Source: Camelus ferus
Taxonomy: Eukaryota
NCBI RefSeq assembly: GCF_009834535.1
Contig: NC_045697.1
Coordinates: 37,388,001 to 37,452,000, forward strand
Direction: 5' to 3'
DNA: 64,000 nucleotides
Shown: positions 10,847 to 25,427 of the stretch, one piece after another
Layout of the letters: every line of letters begins with the position of its first letter
How positions within the stretch are numbered: position 1 is the stretch's first letter
The notes under the pieces: generated by a model
What the model saw: only the letters and a program-made list of their open reading frames with translations
What the model was told of the DNA's origin: nothing
The model's database searches: none
Made by a program: the position numbers and the translations under genes

Positions 10847-13324
10847 TGACTTTGGACTCTTAGTTGCAAGCTGATAGCCCTTGCACTTGTTTTGTTTGGC
10901 CCACATTATGCTTTTTTAGAAAACGTTGGGGGCAATATTAAAAATCTGGAGAATTTGTATCAAGATCTAGATTTCTTTATTCTCTAGAAAACTCTGCCTC
11001 TTTAGATGGGACCTTTGCTGGTCTGGTTGCTGTAGGCAATACCGCTCTCTACTACACTTCCTTAGGTTTTTAGGCATTTAGCCTTGGGCCCTGGTGAGCA
11101 CAGGTGGGATCACGCAGGTAACTAGTGGAAGGAGCACAGGCTTAAGGAATGGTGAGAGCCTTTTATCAGTGACAGCTTTGCAGCCTTGAAACAAGTTGCT
11201 TACTCTGGCTGAGCTTCACGTTTGCATCGTAGTTTTAGCTGTGTGACTTTGGGGAAATTACCTAACTTCTCTGTACCAGTAAATGTGTGACTACATATGT
11301 GTTTAGAATGATGCTACTTGGCACACTCATGGTCCAAACTCAATACATGTCAGCCATAATTATTATCTGTAAAATAGAAATTGTTATCCATAAAACGAGA
11401 ATAATGCCTACTTTAATGTGATTGCTCTAAAGATTAGAAACCAATTCTTGTAAAGATACTTGGCACTGGGTTGGGGATGGGATAGGCACCTAACGAATGA
11501 GGAAACTCCATGGTTATGTGGAATTTGACTACTTTTCTTTATAATCCTTGCATGCAGATACCAATAGGTACTAACTTGAGAGCTTTTAAGAAGAAATAGG
11601 CTTTAACTTTTGTCTTGAGATTTATATAGCTTTCGACATAACAGTTGGGAATCACTAGTCTTAGAGACTGAACAGATCTTGGAAAATTTTTTTTCCCCAG
11701 GGGAAAAACCCCCGGACGATTTCTCCAATGAAGACTTTCATACCTGCTTAATTTCCCCATTCATCTTACTTTCTAGCCCTCGTGCTTACATTTTGATTAT
11801 AACACACTTTTGTTAGATGCCTTCTGCTGCATACCTTTCTGACAGGTTTCCAAGGCTTTTGCAAACTTGAAAGTTTAAGCTAAATTGTTATTCAGGGCAT
11901 GTGGCACCAGAGTCAAGGGCTTGGGCTCTGAAATTGACAAGCAGGGTTTTAATCCAGTCTCTTGCCAGCTCTGCGATCTGAGATAAGACCCTTCACCTCT
12001 ACTTAAACTTCATTTCTTCGCCTGTAAAATGGGGTTGAAGGCACGGGGCTACTGGAAGGACGAAGTTAGATTATGGGGGAAACACACTTGGCGCAGTGTC
12101 CCTTACGGGGAAAGCTCAGGGACTCCACCATCAGGCTGATTTTATGTTCCCTCTTCAGCATTGTCTCTTAGAAAAGAAATTTGGAAATGGTCTAAAAACA
12201 GACTATATAGAGGTTATTTTTTGTTTGTTTGTTTGTTTTGTTTGTTTGTTTTTTAGTATTAAGATGGAGTTTATACATTGAATGTCTAGTTTTTTAAAAG
12301 GTTCACAGTTAGTGTTAATGTAGACTTTTCTCCCTGGTTCTTTGTTTAACCTTATAGCCTGCTTTCCACCAAAGGGGATAAAGATTTCTGGATAAACGTT
12401 TAGATGGGGAACTTTCTGTAAATGGCTAATTTCTCAAGGTGACAGGTGTAGGTCACAGAGGGTCCTTGAACCCTATTGCCTTGTAAAGTGGCATTGAAAG
12501 CACCTTGGGAGGGAGGAGCTTTTCTGACCTTCCCCAGGTGGGAGGGATCAAGCTGAGCTTGTCTGTTGCCCAGGGCTGGATACACAGTGGTGCTCAGTCA
12601 ATACCTGTTTAACCTCTCTCCTATTTTCCAGCACTTGCATGGAGCTTTGAATGTAATAAATGCCCAGTCAACATCACAGATTCAGTTTAACAAAGGCTGA
12701 TCAATCCCTATGCCTCAATCCTTGCAGGGACTCTAGGTATGGGCTCCGGGGGTTGGGGAGGAACGGAGTAAGACCAGAGCCACTAATTCAGAGTAGAATT
12801 TGGTGTCTTAAGAAGTGCCAGGCAAGATTTCAGAGGAGTTTACATCTTGGTGGGCAGGTGATAGAGACTGGGCGGAGATCAGTAAAAGTGTTCACGTGGG
12901 AGATAATATTTGACATTAATTTCTGCACCTTAAAAGAGGATCAGTTGCCTGTAGTTGAGGCTTAGATTGCAAAAAGCTCCTGAAACAAGGAGCAAAACAT
13001 TCAGATCTTATTTGAGGATTGTCAAATCTTTCAATTGGTGTGATGGCTGAGGGCAGGGAATTGGAGGGGAAGAGGCTAGAAAGGCACTCTGGTTAGACTC
13101 AAGGAGCATTGGAGGGAGGATGTATTTAGTGTTGAGTTTGGTCCATATTCTGAAAAAGGCTTTGGAATCTAGGCTAAGGTGGCCTTGGCCCAGTAGAGGC
13201 CCTCCTGGCTTTGCTTACTAGTCCACGGCTGTTCGCTCCACCATTCTATCCAACCACACTGCCCAGCCCGCTCCAAACAATCGGAGTTTGCTGGGGGCAG
13301 CTGAAACTAAGGGAAGGGTGTGTG

Positions 13325-13945
13325 TTTAAATTTTGGCAAAATACACATAACATAAAATTTACTATCTTAACCATTTTTTTGGTGTACAGTCCAGTGGTAT
13401 GACAATCACAATGTCGGGAGCCCATCTTCAGAACACTAAACTGAAACTCTGGACCCATGAAACACCCTGTCCCTCAGCCGTTTGCAACCAATATTCTACT
13501 TTCTATTTTTAAAAATATTTTATTTATTTATTTATTATTGTATTACCTTTTTTTTTTTTTGAGGGGGGAGAGAGGTAACTATGTTAAATTTTTTAGAGGA
13601 GATACTGGGGATTGAACCCAGGATCTTGCGCACGCTAAGCATGCGCTCTACCACTTGATCTATACCTTCCCCCCATTCTACTTTCTGTCTGTATAGGGAC
13701 CTCATATAAGTGGAATCAATATTTGTCCTTGTGACTGGCTTACTTTATTTAGCATACTGTCCTCAAGGTTCATCTATGTTGTAGCATATGTCAGAGTTTC
13801 CTTCCTTTTTAATGTATATATTTATGTATGTATGTGTATGCATATGCCACATTTTGTTTTATCATCCATTAGTGTACTCTTGGGTAAATTCCCTCTTTTG
13901 GCTACTGTGAAGAATGCTGTTATGAACGTGGGTGTACAAATATCT
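13325..13945 (-). mobile_element. Older L1M-type 3' fragment, interrupted by a SINE
   Basis: CATAACATAAAATTTACTATCTTAACCATTTT...CTGGCTTACTTTATTTAGCATACTGTCCTCAAGGTTCATC...GCTGTTATGAACGTGGGTGTACAAATATCT. Confidence 0.8.
13505..13674 (-). mobile_element. Vic-1-like SINE inserted into an older L1 fragment
   Basis: tRNA-like head with A/B boxes; 12-bp target-site duplication (TSD) ATTCTACTTTCT at 13493-13504 and 13675-13686. Confidence 0.9.
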
Positions 13946-16900
13946 GAGGGGGAGCCTCTTTTAGGTTGGTTAATCCAGTGGCTGAGAGCTATGTATTAGT
14001 GGGGAGCTGGGCAGAGGGACCATCAGTCACTCTTTAGATGATTAGATGGTCTCTGGATGAAGGGGCGAGCACGTGAGTCTTGAGGTGCATGCTCTGGGAA
14101 GAAGGGGGAACACTTAAGAGACACAAGGAAGATAAAGGCAGCAACCTTAATTCTCTTGGCAAATTTCCAGGCATCTTGGATGTGTCAGGCACCAATGAGA
14201 TTGTGGGGAAGGGGAGCAGGAGCTATTGTGGGTGTGCTAACTGGGAGAACTGGTGGTGCTGTGGAATTAACAGAAATAGAGCCAAGAGGAGGAGCAGCCT
14301 GTTTGAAAGAGGGCATGTGATACTTGACTCCACTGTATTTGTTCATTGATCATTTACAGGCTGCATTTACTCGAAACTCAGTTTTGCAGACACGGTGGTA
14401 GATATAAATGAAATTCTTCTTAGGGTCAGGTCCCTGTAAGAAACAAAACTAAACCCCAAAAGTCACAGAACATGGCTTTATACTATTATGGTAGGATTCG
14501 GAGATTAGAAAGAATTGTATATTTTGTACCAGTCATATGATGAAAAGTAAATTTTCATGAAAAGAGAGAGCAGGAAGATAATCCCTGCATTTCTTCTCTG
14601 TATTAAACCATTTAAAAAGTATGTTTATTGGTTTTCTCAGAGAACAAAATGGATGTTTTGGGTGGAGAAGACCACGTAGAGTTGATTAAAGCTTTGGGAA
14701 ATAGGCCTTTTGAAGGCAACTTCAAGAAATTGGATTTATTAAGCCTGGAGAAGATAAGGTGAAGGAAGGTTTAGTGAATGACAGCCTTCAAATATTTGTA
14801 GCCTGTGAATGAAGAAAGGGACAAGATGAGAATAGTTTAAACTGCCCCAGAAGGAAATTGGGATTTTTTTTTTTTTTAGGGAAAATTCTTTGATTGGAAC
14901 TTTTAAAAAAGACTTTGTTGTGTTACCAGAGCTAGTTATAGGGTCTTTGCTGCAGGTATGAGAAAAGTGAAGCTATTGTTCTTTTGAAATGGTTGGGTCC
15001 TGCCCTGCTTGGTTGGTTCAATGACCCTTTTTAAGAGCCAGCCTGAAATCTTTTATAAATAAAATAACCAGCTGTTTTCCTCCCTTCACTGCCTTGGCTC
15101 CGGGGTAGAGTGTGTCTTATAAATTCTGGGTAGACTCTCACAGGATTCACTACTCTCTTCACAACTTTTGGCTACATGGAAAATAGCCAGTAAAGAACCC
15201 ACACCTAGAAATGGGTTATTGATCTATTGGAGGTGGTGGTGGTGGGGGGATCTAACCACAGAATGAATTGTGCAGTGTGAGAGCTTAAACTGAGTGCCAA
15301 AATTCTAGGGAAATCCATAATCGACCATAATTACCCCTAACCTAAGAATGTGCTCTGTGATCGCCCGGCCGACTGGTAATTTTGAGATACAGCCAGCTGT
15401 GCCGCACGTAGGCTGAGAAATCTGTCAGGATGAAGGAAGTCCTTTTCCCTTGATTACTCAGGGATGGACTGATCACTCTGAGGTTCACCCGGCACCCTGA
15501 CTTCCTTTCCCACCTGCCCCTTCCCTTTGGTCATTTCAATGGTCATGGCTCAGTGGCACATTACCAGACTAGCCCGCGGTCCAGCAGGGGAAGGTGGTAG
15601 TAATAAAATAGCAATTCAGCAGCTTCTAGTTGATTGCATCATTTCACCTGTCATGTCGACATGCGTGATGATTTCTACAATGTGATCGCTGCCTTTCAGG
15701 AGCCCAGGATCTATGGGAACATAAGTGTGGGGTAGATGCTAATATAGTAAATCTGTAACAAGGTTTGAATAACAGTCCTGGTCCAGAAGCTGGGAAACAT
15801 ATTCATTTCCCTACTTTTTGAGTATAATGGCTAATTCAGTCAGATCTGGGACCTGAGTTAAATCTTGATGAGTGGGGACTGGCATTGGTCAAGGTGTGGA
15901 CAGCAGAAGCAGAGGGTTAGTTAGCTGAAAGACTTCCATAGAAAAAAATCTCTGGAAGCTAGCAGAAGGAAAAGGGTAGTTTTTAGGGTGCCTGGATTTT
16001 TATTCTTCAGAAGTAACAGTATTTCCTGCAGTGCCATATGTGATGAGATTTTTCTAAGTGTAATCTGGTCAAGTAGTTGCTTACTCAGAGAAATAATTCT
16101 TAAAAATGGAAGTGTATAGATCTCACTTTTGCATGGTATTACGTATATTGCATGCACAATGCAGATCCAGACTAGGTCCACAGGATATGTACTTTGAGTT
16201 GCTTTTAGGTCCCTCTCCCACCTTCCTGCCTCTTCACCCTCAGGCAAGATCACAGATTTTTTAGGTTCAACATCTGGTAGTGGCAGGAGATGATCATTGA
16301 ATCTTTGCTTACTACCAGATTTTAAATATTTAGTAAAATGGTAAGCCAGGTATGTAGCAGTCTGCATAAATTCATTCTTTAAAAAAACAAAACAAAACCC
16401 AGCAGCAAGCCAAAACCCCAAGTCTTGATAAGAGTCCTGAGTGGCTTAGGGCATCTTGAGATTTTGCCCTGAGTTCCCCAAACCTGCCTTAGAAGGTAAC
16501 CAGAAGATCAGTAGGGGCGCTGGTTACTGCCCTCCCCAAAGCAGTGAGCCTGCGGGAGGAGGTGGCTATTTGTGGGATGCAGAAGTGTATCACATGAGGG
16601 AAAGGTGTAAGTGATGGTATTTTCCAAGGAATGCCTCGTTCTTGACCTAATGGATAAAAATAATAATGAAAATGGGAAGAGGAGAAACCTTTTTCCCCCT
16701 TATATCTCTGAGTTGTTTACCCTGTTTCAGTTAGGTTTACCCCAGGTGACTTAGGTTTATTTCAACAGTATTATTGTTATGAAATTCTTTAAAATGGTCC
16801 CGGGCTGCCAGTAATTTAAATATAATGGCCTATGCAGATTTGTTAGCAGAGGAATTGCTTTGCAGGGTTAGAACAAAGGAGGGAACATCACAAAGAACTG

Positions 16901-19364
16901 TGGAAATTACTTGGTGTCTCTTTTTATTGGAGGGAAGTATTTATAGAAGGGACCTAATGTAGGTTTGACTTCTGGGGAAAACGTTTCCTGGTGATTTCGT
17001 GTGGCATTTGGATATCTGTTATTCTACTTGGCCTAGTGCAAGGCTGTGTTTTAAAAAACGGAAACTTACTCTATTTGGAAAGACTGGGTCCTTTCAAAGT
17101 GATACAGTTTTTTAGTTTGTAAAGTGTTGGAAATAAGTCTCTATCCTAATTTTCGCAATGTAGATTTCTTTTTTAACAGCTGATGGAAGATTTTCATTTC
17201 AAAAAATGGCCCAGTAAAACAGCACGAATTGGCCTTTAGGCTTTTTGTCATTGTTAAATTAACCCAGGATTCTTACTCCGAAAATAATGTCATTAGAACA
17301 GCCACTTGAAAACAGTTAATTGGGATATTTAAATGTTTTTCTACTTATTTGGTATAGTCAGTATATTTACTATAGGGAAATAGTAGACAAGTTTCGAGCT
17401 CAACCGAAATGCATCACTTTCATGAAAAAGAACCACCCTCCTTTGCCTTTCCTGCTTTTTAAAATAAACTAGCATATGTAGAAGGGTTTATGAATTTTTT
17501 AAGAGATCTGAATGTGTAGCCTAATTTCCATTCTAGCATTTTCAAGAGCTATTGTTTAAAAGGAACTATCACCTTAGTTTCAGAATGAGTGCCTTCTAGG
17601 GAGAGGCTGGCCAAGGGAGCAGAAGTCCAAAGAGTTCACCAGGTGAAGATGGTCCCAGACAGGTGCAGACGGCCTCTCTTTCCATACGGGAAACTTGGAA
17701 CAGAAGCTCTGGGCATAAAACTGTAGCACTTAAGATTTACAGCTTCATTCTGTTAATCCCTTCAGTATCTTTTAAACAGACCCTACACGTACCAGGAATT
17801 TATAAATTTGTTCACAAATAATTATTGATGCAAGTGGGAGGGCGGTGTTATAGCTGTGAACACACCAAGCCAAAATCCTTGTCCTCTTGGGGCTTCTGTC
17901 TAGTGAATTCTTTTTCTTTCATGAGCCTAGGTCCACAAAGAGCCCAGAAGGGGGGAAAAAAATCTTAGGTATCTCTTAGAAAGCAGCTTAATTTAGATTT
18001 ATTTCAGTTGATTATTATGGTCAACTAAGGAAGAAAGCAAAGAAAGGCAAGGTTTCTCAGAGGGCCCGGTGGTGGCTGGTGCTGGGTTGACAAGGAAGGA
18101 GGGTGCAGAGGAGGCAAAGCAGAGAGAGATGGGGGGAGGGGGATGGGGACAGGGTAGGGGCTGACGCAGGAGGAGCTTTGAGAGATGTTTGTCACCTGAG
18201 TCCTGTCTGTCCCGGTGGTGCCCTTCGAAGGGCTGAGCACTGGGCAGTCTTCCAGCTTGTCACGGCTCCAGTCTTAACTTCAGCCTCTCCAGCAGGCATG
18301 AGGATGTACTGATGAAGGATGTACCAAAGGGGGTGGAAGAAGTGTCTGCAATGCCAGGGACACAGATAGGTGTCTTTACTTTTGAGACTTCATGGAGCCT
18401 TGAATGTGCCAAGTGCGTCGTCTGTCTGTAGGTTTGGAGCCATTTTTCTCAGAACGGACCAGAATGCTTTTTCACAGCTGAGAGAGATGCTCCAGGGGTC
18501 CACGCTGAGTGCCCTTCAAGGACTGAAAGTTCTGTACCTCCTTTTAAAATTCTTTCATCTTTTTCTTGTCAAAATCTGACCAGCTTCAGCTTTTAATAAT
18601 ACACATGTTTGACTGATAGCATGTTGAGTCCAACAAAGCACCATGAAGCCACTGTCAGGCAGGTGCTATTTCCTGTTGGTTTCCTATTGCGAGTAACATT
18701 TAAATTAGCTAGTAGCCTGTTCTTTCCCCTCCCTTTTCTCCCAGAGCTTGGGATTTAAAGTAATATCCTTTTACTCCTAGTTACTATGTATAAGGCAATC
18801 AACAAGCATATTCTACTTTACAGACGTTCCTCCCTCCTCTAATTGTTCTGATAGCTGTACCAAAATTGCTTTATCAGAAGATACAGCAATCACATGCTCT
18901 GCTTTGTTACCATTTAGTCTTAGTTCCACAGGGAAATAAGTGTTTAATGCTAGCCACTAGTCCTTATGTCCTGTCTTTCCTGACATTTTGTCTTTCTGAA
19001 GCTCATCTTCTAACAGACACCTCAGGAAGCACTCAAGGGAAGTATTTCCTGAATTATATGTTCACAGCAGCTTGTCTATAGCCTTTGCCTGTGTACTTAA
19101 AAGTCAGGTTGGCTGATACAAGTCCTTGGCCCATTTTTTCTTTGCTCAAGGATCTTTAATTTTTAACTGTGTTGTATTTTGCTATGAAGTGTTGTCAAAG
19201 TCTGCTGGCAATCTGCTTTTTTCCCCCTCATGTTTAACTTGGTATGTTTGCCTAGATATCCAAAGGGCTTTTTTACCTTCATTTTTTTAAAGTCCTGTAG
19301 TTCTATAGCATTGGCTGCTCTGGGCTGGTTTTTTTAGGGATATGATGTGCCACTCTAATAGGTA

Positions 19365-19513
19365 CAGTGTCCCTGGGTATCTGCAAGTGATTGGGTCTAG
19401 GACCCCTACAGCTCCCCAAATCTTGGATGCTCAAATTCCTTACATAAAACAGCACAGTACAGCTGGCACTCTGTATTGTGGATGTAGAACCTGCAGACAC
19501 AGAGGGCCGACTA
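19365..19513. mobile_element. TcMar-Tigger MITE (MER2-like)
   Basis: Imperfect terminal inverted repeats CAGTGTCCCTGGGTATCTGC / GCAGACACAGAGGGCCGACT, flanked by TA. Confidence 0.7.
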
Positions 19514-22282
19514 TAATTTCTTCTTGGCTTTTGGAACTCCCATTATGTGTATGTTAGATCTTCTTTGCCTACCTTCTGTTTCCATCACTTTCTCTCAGTC
19601 CTTTTCATATCTTCATCATTTGTTTGAATTTAAAATTTTTCTTCCTTTCCATCTTCTACCTCTTTTAAGGCATTATTCATTTTATTTGCTCCTGTGTTCT
19701 TTTTATTTACCCTTTATTTCTGATTTTTTTTTCCTTTTCTTAGTTCTTTATCTCCATTTTCAAATCTTCCTTTTCTCTATTTAGCTCATTTCTGAATTTT
19801 AAAAGTTCTGATTTAGGCCATTCTTTCTAGCTTCTTTTATACATTTCTTTTAGCTCATTTTTGAAATATTAGGTTATAGTTCTCATTTGTTTTGTGTTTT
19901 TCTGGCATAATTTTATTGTCTGTATTAGGGATATCATTCAGTTCCTTACTTTTTCTTTAAATAAAATATTTGGAATTCACTGCAATTCTTTTCTGTTGTT
20001 CACTCTGAGTCTTCCTATACTCTTAGTAGGGCCATTATAGCCTTTCTAGCTTCATGGCTCTGTAGAGAGTACCCACTTACATTGTCTCCACGAAGTGGTA
20101 AAAAAAAAAAAAATTGGACTCTTATTTTCTACATCTTAAGATCTTACTTTTTTTTGGGTCCCTGTTCCCACCCCTTACCCATCTGAACCTTTCCTTTCTT
20201 TTGCCCCATCTTCCTCGTCATAGATTCATCCTCAGCAATTTCTCCTCAGTATGGGGCTATGACCTAGTTTGTTAGTTCACAGGGATCAGACCTCCCCCAC
20301 CCCCAAACATACCAGGACATCAGAAATACATGGGTACAAATCCCCTCTGCATTTCCTAGTAAAGTGGAACCTGCAGGGCCCTCTGCCAGCTTCTGTGGGT
20401 GTCCTCAGAGTGGCCCTTGAGCTTTCCAGTGTGTACCTAAGAACAGTTCTTCAAGCTGTTAGGAGTTTGTCCCCACCTCCTCATACACAGGGCTCACGGG
20501 GAAACCTTAGCACGTGGGCTTGCTGTAGATGTCATCTGTGGGCTTTTGGTTCTGTTCTATTTGTCTGTTTTTATCATTGGGGTGGGTCGGGGAGATCTGA
20601 TAATTATGTTGTCACCACCGTCTTGCCAGAATCTATATGCACTTTTTGACAAAATTTGTAGCTTTTGGGTCTACCAAATCAGGACCAAAGTAGCAAAGTC
20701 TTGAAACATTAAATCACTAGTAGCTGCCTTTAAAAAATAATTTTCTTCCAAAATAAGTTATTAAAAAGGTATTGTAGAGAGAAGTTAGTGGTTGTAACTA
20801 TCTGAAAAATGGTCAATTTATGGCCCTAAGCCATATTCCAAGCTTATTGTTTATGACAACATGTAATGGTTGGAATCATCCAAGTACCAGGAAGCCCATA
20901 TTCGAGCTGTTGTTTCTAAGGAAAATGTATAAAATGACAGACTTTGCCATTGTTTGTCTGGTGTGATATTCCTTGAGTTCTGAAGGAGATACTGCTATTT
21001 TATAGTTTTAAAAGTGTTAAACCACATTTACACTTTCAATACCATCTAATAAAGATAAAATCATTACTTAATTAGGTGCATTTTTCTCTTTCAGCTTTTT
21101 TCCCCCAGTGAAGAATTTGCATATCTCTAATTATAGTCATTTGAAAAAAAAATGCTGCCAGGACTTGACATAATATTAATTTAGATTTCCAAAAATACTA
21201 AATTTCCTTCCTCCAACTTGAGTTTCCTCCAATTGGCCATCGATTTAAATTATATACTAAAAGGTTGCAATTTTAGAATTGGCCCCTTTTCCCTCCTGCA
21301 TTTAGGGATAGCCATTATTCCAAAGTCATATAAAGAAGTAAAACTTTCTCAGTAGGCATATTGGAAACTTTTTTTTTTAATTCTGGCGAATAGAGCAAGG
21401 TCGTTTTCAGACATTTCCTCTTATTTTCTATGAAGAGATTGAGGAAGAAATCATTTCAGAAACGGGTTTGGTCATTAAGAATTCTTTGCAAGCGGGTAGC
21501 AAGCTTAATGTATTGTTCTAAGTGAACGTCACCCAAGAAAAATTAAGGGAAAAGTCAACACTCATTAAGCAAATTGACCAGCCAAGTGTTTTGATGAATG
21601 TCGCAACAAATTTGAATAAACTAATTTTGTCCATTAGTGTGCTTTTAGACCAATGTGATTGTTTTGGTCTAATTATTTTTTATTTTGTTTATTCAGATGT
21701 AGAATGGCTGCAAAATTAACTATTACAGCAATTATCTGATTAGCAATTTAGAAAATTGGTGACTGGTATCTGACGACTCACCAGGAAGCGCCTGGCATTG
21801 GAATTGGGTAGGACTGTGTGTCCTGCACACAGTCTAAGGAGAAGCCTGTGCTCTTTTCCCTGTTTCTCACCCACTGCAAAGGGGAACCCAGGGTTAGCCT
21901 GGGCTGCGGACCTGGGCTCTGGGCACTCGGGTACTGTGCACCAGATTGAGGTCTCACGTGCTGCAGAAGTTGTGTTTGCCACCCAGTGTCACTATTCCGG
22001 AGTCCTGTAGCTGTGACTGGTGAATTCTGCCACATTTCCCACTTCTAAAGCTGGGGGATTCGAGAAATCTGTGCCCGAGTGGCTGCCAAGGCTTGTCAGG
22101 GGGACCCAGTGCGAGGCCGATTTCTAGGTGTAAAAGCCAGGCAGATCTGCTCACTCAAGAAAATCTGTTTTTGCAGGTTTGCTTTGAGTTCCAAGATACA
22201 GATTCTGGTAAAAAAAATTTTTTGCTGCATTAATGCCACGGGTTGCCCCTGGTAGCTGACTGTCTTGTGGGGGAGGGGATAA

Positions 22283-22470
22283 CTGGTCCTCCAAGTGTGG
22301 TCCTGGACCTGCAGCTGCAGCATCGCCTGGGACTTGTCTGAAGGGCAGACTCTCCCTTCCCATCCCAGAACTGCTGAAATTGGAGCCTAGGAGCAGGGCC
22401 CTGCGGTCCCTTTTCCCAAGCCATCCGGGTGATTCTGGTACAGGCTCAAGTTTGAGAACGACTGGTCTAG
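22283..22470. mobile_element. hAT-Charlie DNA transposon relic (MER5A-like)
   Basis: GTCCTCCAAGTGTGGTCC...GCAGCATCGCCTGGGACTTGT...GGTGATTCTGGTACAGGCTCAAGTTTGAGAACGACTGGTCTAG. Confidence 0.72.
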
Positions 22471-22779
22471 GGTGTAAACATTACTGGGCTTGTTCACAGC
22501 ATTGGGCTGTGGTCATTAAAAAGTTAAAGCTTGGGTGGCCTTTTGCATGTCAGATGAGGGTGCAGTTCTCAGTTCTCTTTCTGTTGCATTAAAAAGATAG
22601 AGGCTTTGGTTGGTCCAGACTGGAAAACAGACAATCGCAGTGCGTGGGACAGTGCCTCGGTAGAGGCTGCAAGGGCCATTGGAAAACATGCACATGGCGA
22701 GGGGTGGAGGATGGGGTGGAGAGGGGACAGGAAGGCCCCTCCAGGTGGTATTTAAAAGGACAAATATGATCAGGTACCT

Positions 22780-23270
22780 CTCTGATTAAAACCTGGAGAC
22801 TTCCCAGTGCTCTCGGAATAAAGTCTGTCCATGTAGAGCCCAGCTAAGGCCTCCAGGGGTCTCTTCTTGATCTCCATTTTGCACATGGTGCCTGCCACAT
22901 CCTTTGCTTTCTGTGCTTTCCTCACTCTTTCAAGGTGTCCTTGCTCCTTCAAGCTGCAGGAGCCACTCTGCCTGCTGCCGGGCACACTGTATTTCTCCCT
23001 GGTCTCAGTGCGTTCAGATCCCAGCTCGCATGTTTCCTTTGTAGTCCTTTTTGACCCCCCAGCGAAGGTCAGGCCAGCTCTCCCTGTACAGTGTACTTCT
23101 GCACACTCTTCACATTGTAATTATATAATTGTATAATTATTGGTTTATTGCTCACCGGTGGAGCTAAATACACATTCGAGGAGGGGGAGAGACCCTGCTT
23201 TGTTCACTGCTGCCCCAGGGCCCAGCACCTGGCAAACATTCAAGAAAAAATTTTAGATAAATGAATGAAT
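22780..23270 (+). mobile_element. L2 3' end
   Basis: TTGTTCACTGCTGCCCCAGGGCCCAGCACCTGGCA...ATAAATGAATGAATG terminus. Confidence 0.6.
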
Positions 23271-25427
23271 GGTGTGGGAGGAACCCCCCATCTTTGTTCC
23301 TAGGACACGTGGGCTGGATAATATATGCAGTTCCATGGAGGTGTCACCTGATGAGTTTTATTTTCAGGAGCGGTTGTCACCACCATCTAATCCTCCTGGA
23401 AAGGCGAGTCCCTTGCACCGCGGCAGCAGAATCTCATAATTTGGTTTTCGTTGGGGGTCTGACCTGTGGGACAGCCAAGAAAAATAATCTTGAGTATGAT
23501 GCTTCCAGGGATTTGCGAAAGGAGAGAAATCCACTGACCTTGAAGATGTTCGTAATATACGGGCCAGAAACCAGCAGCCCGAGTGGTAGAGGTGGCACCT
23601 GGGAAGTTTCCAGGGAACTGACTGTTGTGGCTCGTCCCCTCAGGGCTTCTGGGAAGACGTGTCTGCTCTGTTCACAGTTAATGTTGGGGCACCCTCTTGC
23701 TCCCCACCCACTTTCAGATCTGTTTGATAGAACAGAGATGCACAAATTTTGGTCAGTTTGTCTTGGCCTGGATAAAGCTAGGGGTTTTCATTCCTATTCT
23801 GGAAGGTGACAGCATGGGAATTACCTCCCAGAGGTGGCAGCTTCAAAGTGGGGGCATTTGCCTCAAATCAGAAGCTAAATCAGCCTTGCTGATAATTAGT
23901 GGAAGCGTTGGCAAATAGCACACATGGGTGTAATTTATAAAAATACGTATATTGAGAACTAGGGCTCAAATTCTTTTTAAGGATGGAGGTTTTAGGATCT
24001 AGAGTGGCTTGTGGCAATCTTTCTTGATAGAGGAACTGATCTGCTGACTGTTTGCCAGATGGATTGTTGTGTTTGTTTTACATTTGGGGCTCCGCATACT
24101 CTCTTACACCTATTGTAAACTCCTGTTAGATTAAGTGAACGTAATCAATGCAGAAAGTTGTAGAACAAACGACATAAACACTATTTCTCTCTTGTGACCA
24201 TTTATTGAGTGCAAGGTAGGTATGGGATTTAGAGATAATGTAAGGATCCTGATGTATCTCACCCCCAATTTATAGATGTCAAAACTGAGGCTTGGAGAGG
24301 TCAGGGGACTCAGCTTGGAATCTCCAAAACCCACACCTTTTTCTATATTCTTGTTTTTTCCCTTGCTCATCCAAGCTCAGAGAAGCACCATCATCTACAG
24401 TCTCTGAGCTGGTTTCTAAACTTTGAAAGATTGCTGAATAATGTTACAAAAGTTGCAAGATTAATACAAAGAACTCCAGGATACCCTTCACCTAGACTCT
24501 CTGATTATTAACATTTTGCCACATTTACTTTGTCCATGTATATACATACTATTCTGACCTATTTGAGAAGTTGCTAACATGCCCCCGAAAAGCCACGTGA
24601 GTCTCAGCCTTGGGTTTGAGGAGAATATTGAGGCCACCCAGACTGAGTTCCTCCTTCTGCCCCCCACCCATGTGGTCTCCCCCACTGCCCCGTGCCTCTA
24701 GGGTGGGGCCTGGCTTCAGGAGGGACACGTGCTCACTTCTGCCCTCAGCCCTAGTCCCATTCCTTGAAATTCAACTTGGACCTTAAAACCCACCCCCTGC
24801 CTTCCTGGAACTTGGCTCTGTCTAGCACCTGACAAACAGAACCTCTTCCATGGCAAGATAATATAGCCAATATAAAGAGTCTCCCTGTATGTTTCTACCT
24901 GTTCGGTGAAAAAAAAGGGGAGGTTGGGGATTTGCCCCAATTTGTTATCCAGGGCTGCAGCTAAACTGTTTGGCCCCTGCTAATTCAAGTCTCTCTGCAA
25001 GACAGTCGACAATGCTGGTAACCTTTTTCTCTGGCAACTAATTCAGATAAAATTCATTTTTTAAAAAATGAATGCTTTTATTTTTACTTCCTTTGTTTTA
25101 AACCAGCCCTGTGGCTATAAAACTTCATTTTGAAAGTGGAAATAGAGGGAAAAACATTCTGCCCACTCTGGGTATGGGATAGAGGGGAAGGTGTGATTTC
25201 CCTTTTCTGACAGGTCTATTAAAAAATTCATAGTGTATAATCACTAGACAATGTATTGGTTTGCCCATTATGGTGAAAATTAGCTTAAATATCTATTTAA
25301 GCCAAGTATTATTCCGAGCATTTTTCAGAGCTAGTAAATCAGAGAAGCCTTTCAAAAATGCAGATCACATTTGAAGGCAGTGTTTAAAAAGTGCCTCAGG
25401 AAAACAACCCAAAGGTCAGGATAAATG

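Noticed and set aside
10609..10869. Minus-strand ORF with L1 ORF2-like peptide
   Set aside because: Remnant of a truncated L1, not a gene.
21645..21672. Inverted repeat TTAGACCAA-N10-TTGGTCTAA as a miRNA hairpin or SOX dimer site
   Set aside because: A 9-bp stem is far too short for a pre-miRNA and is plausible by chance in 64 kb.
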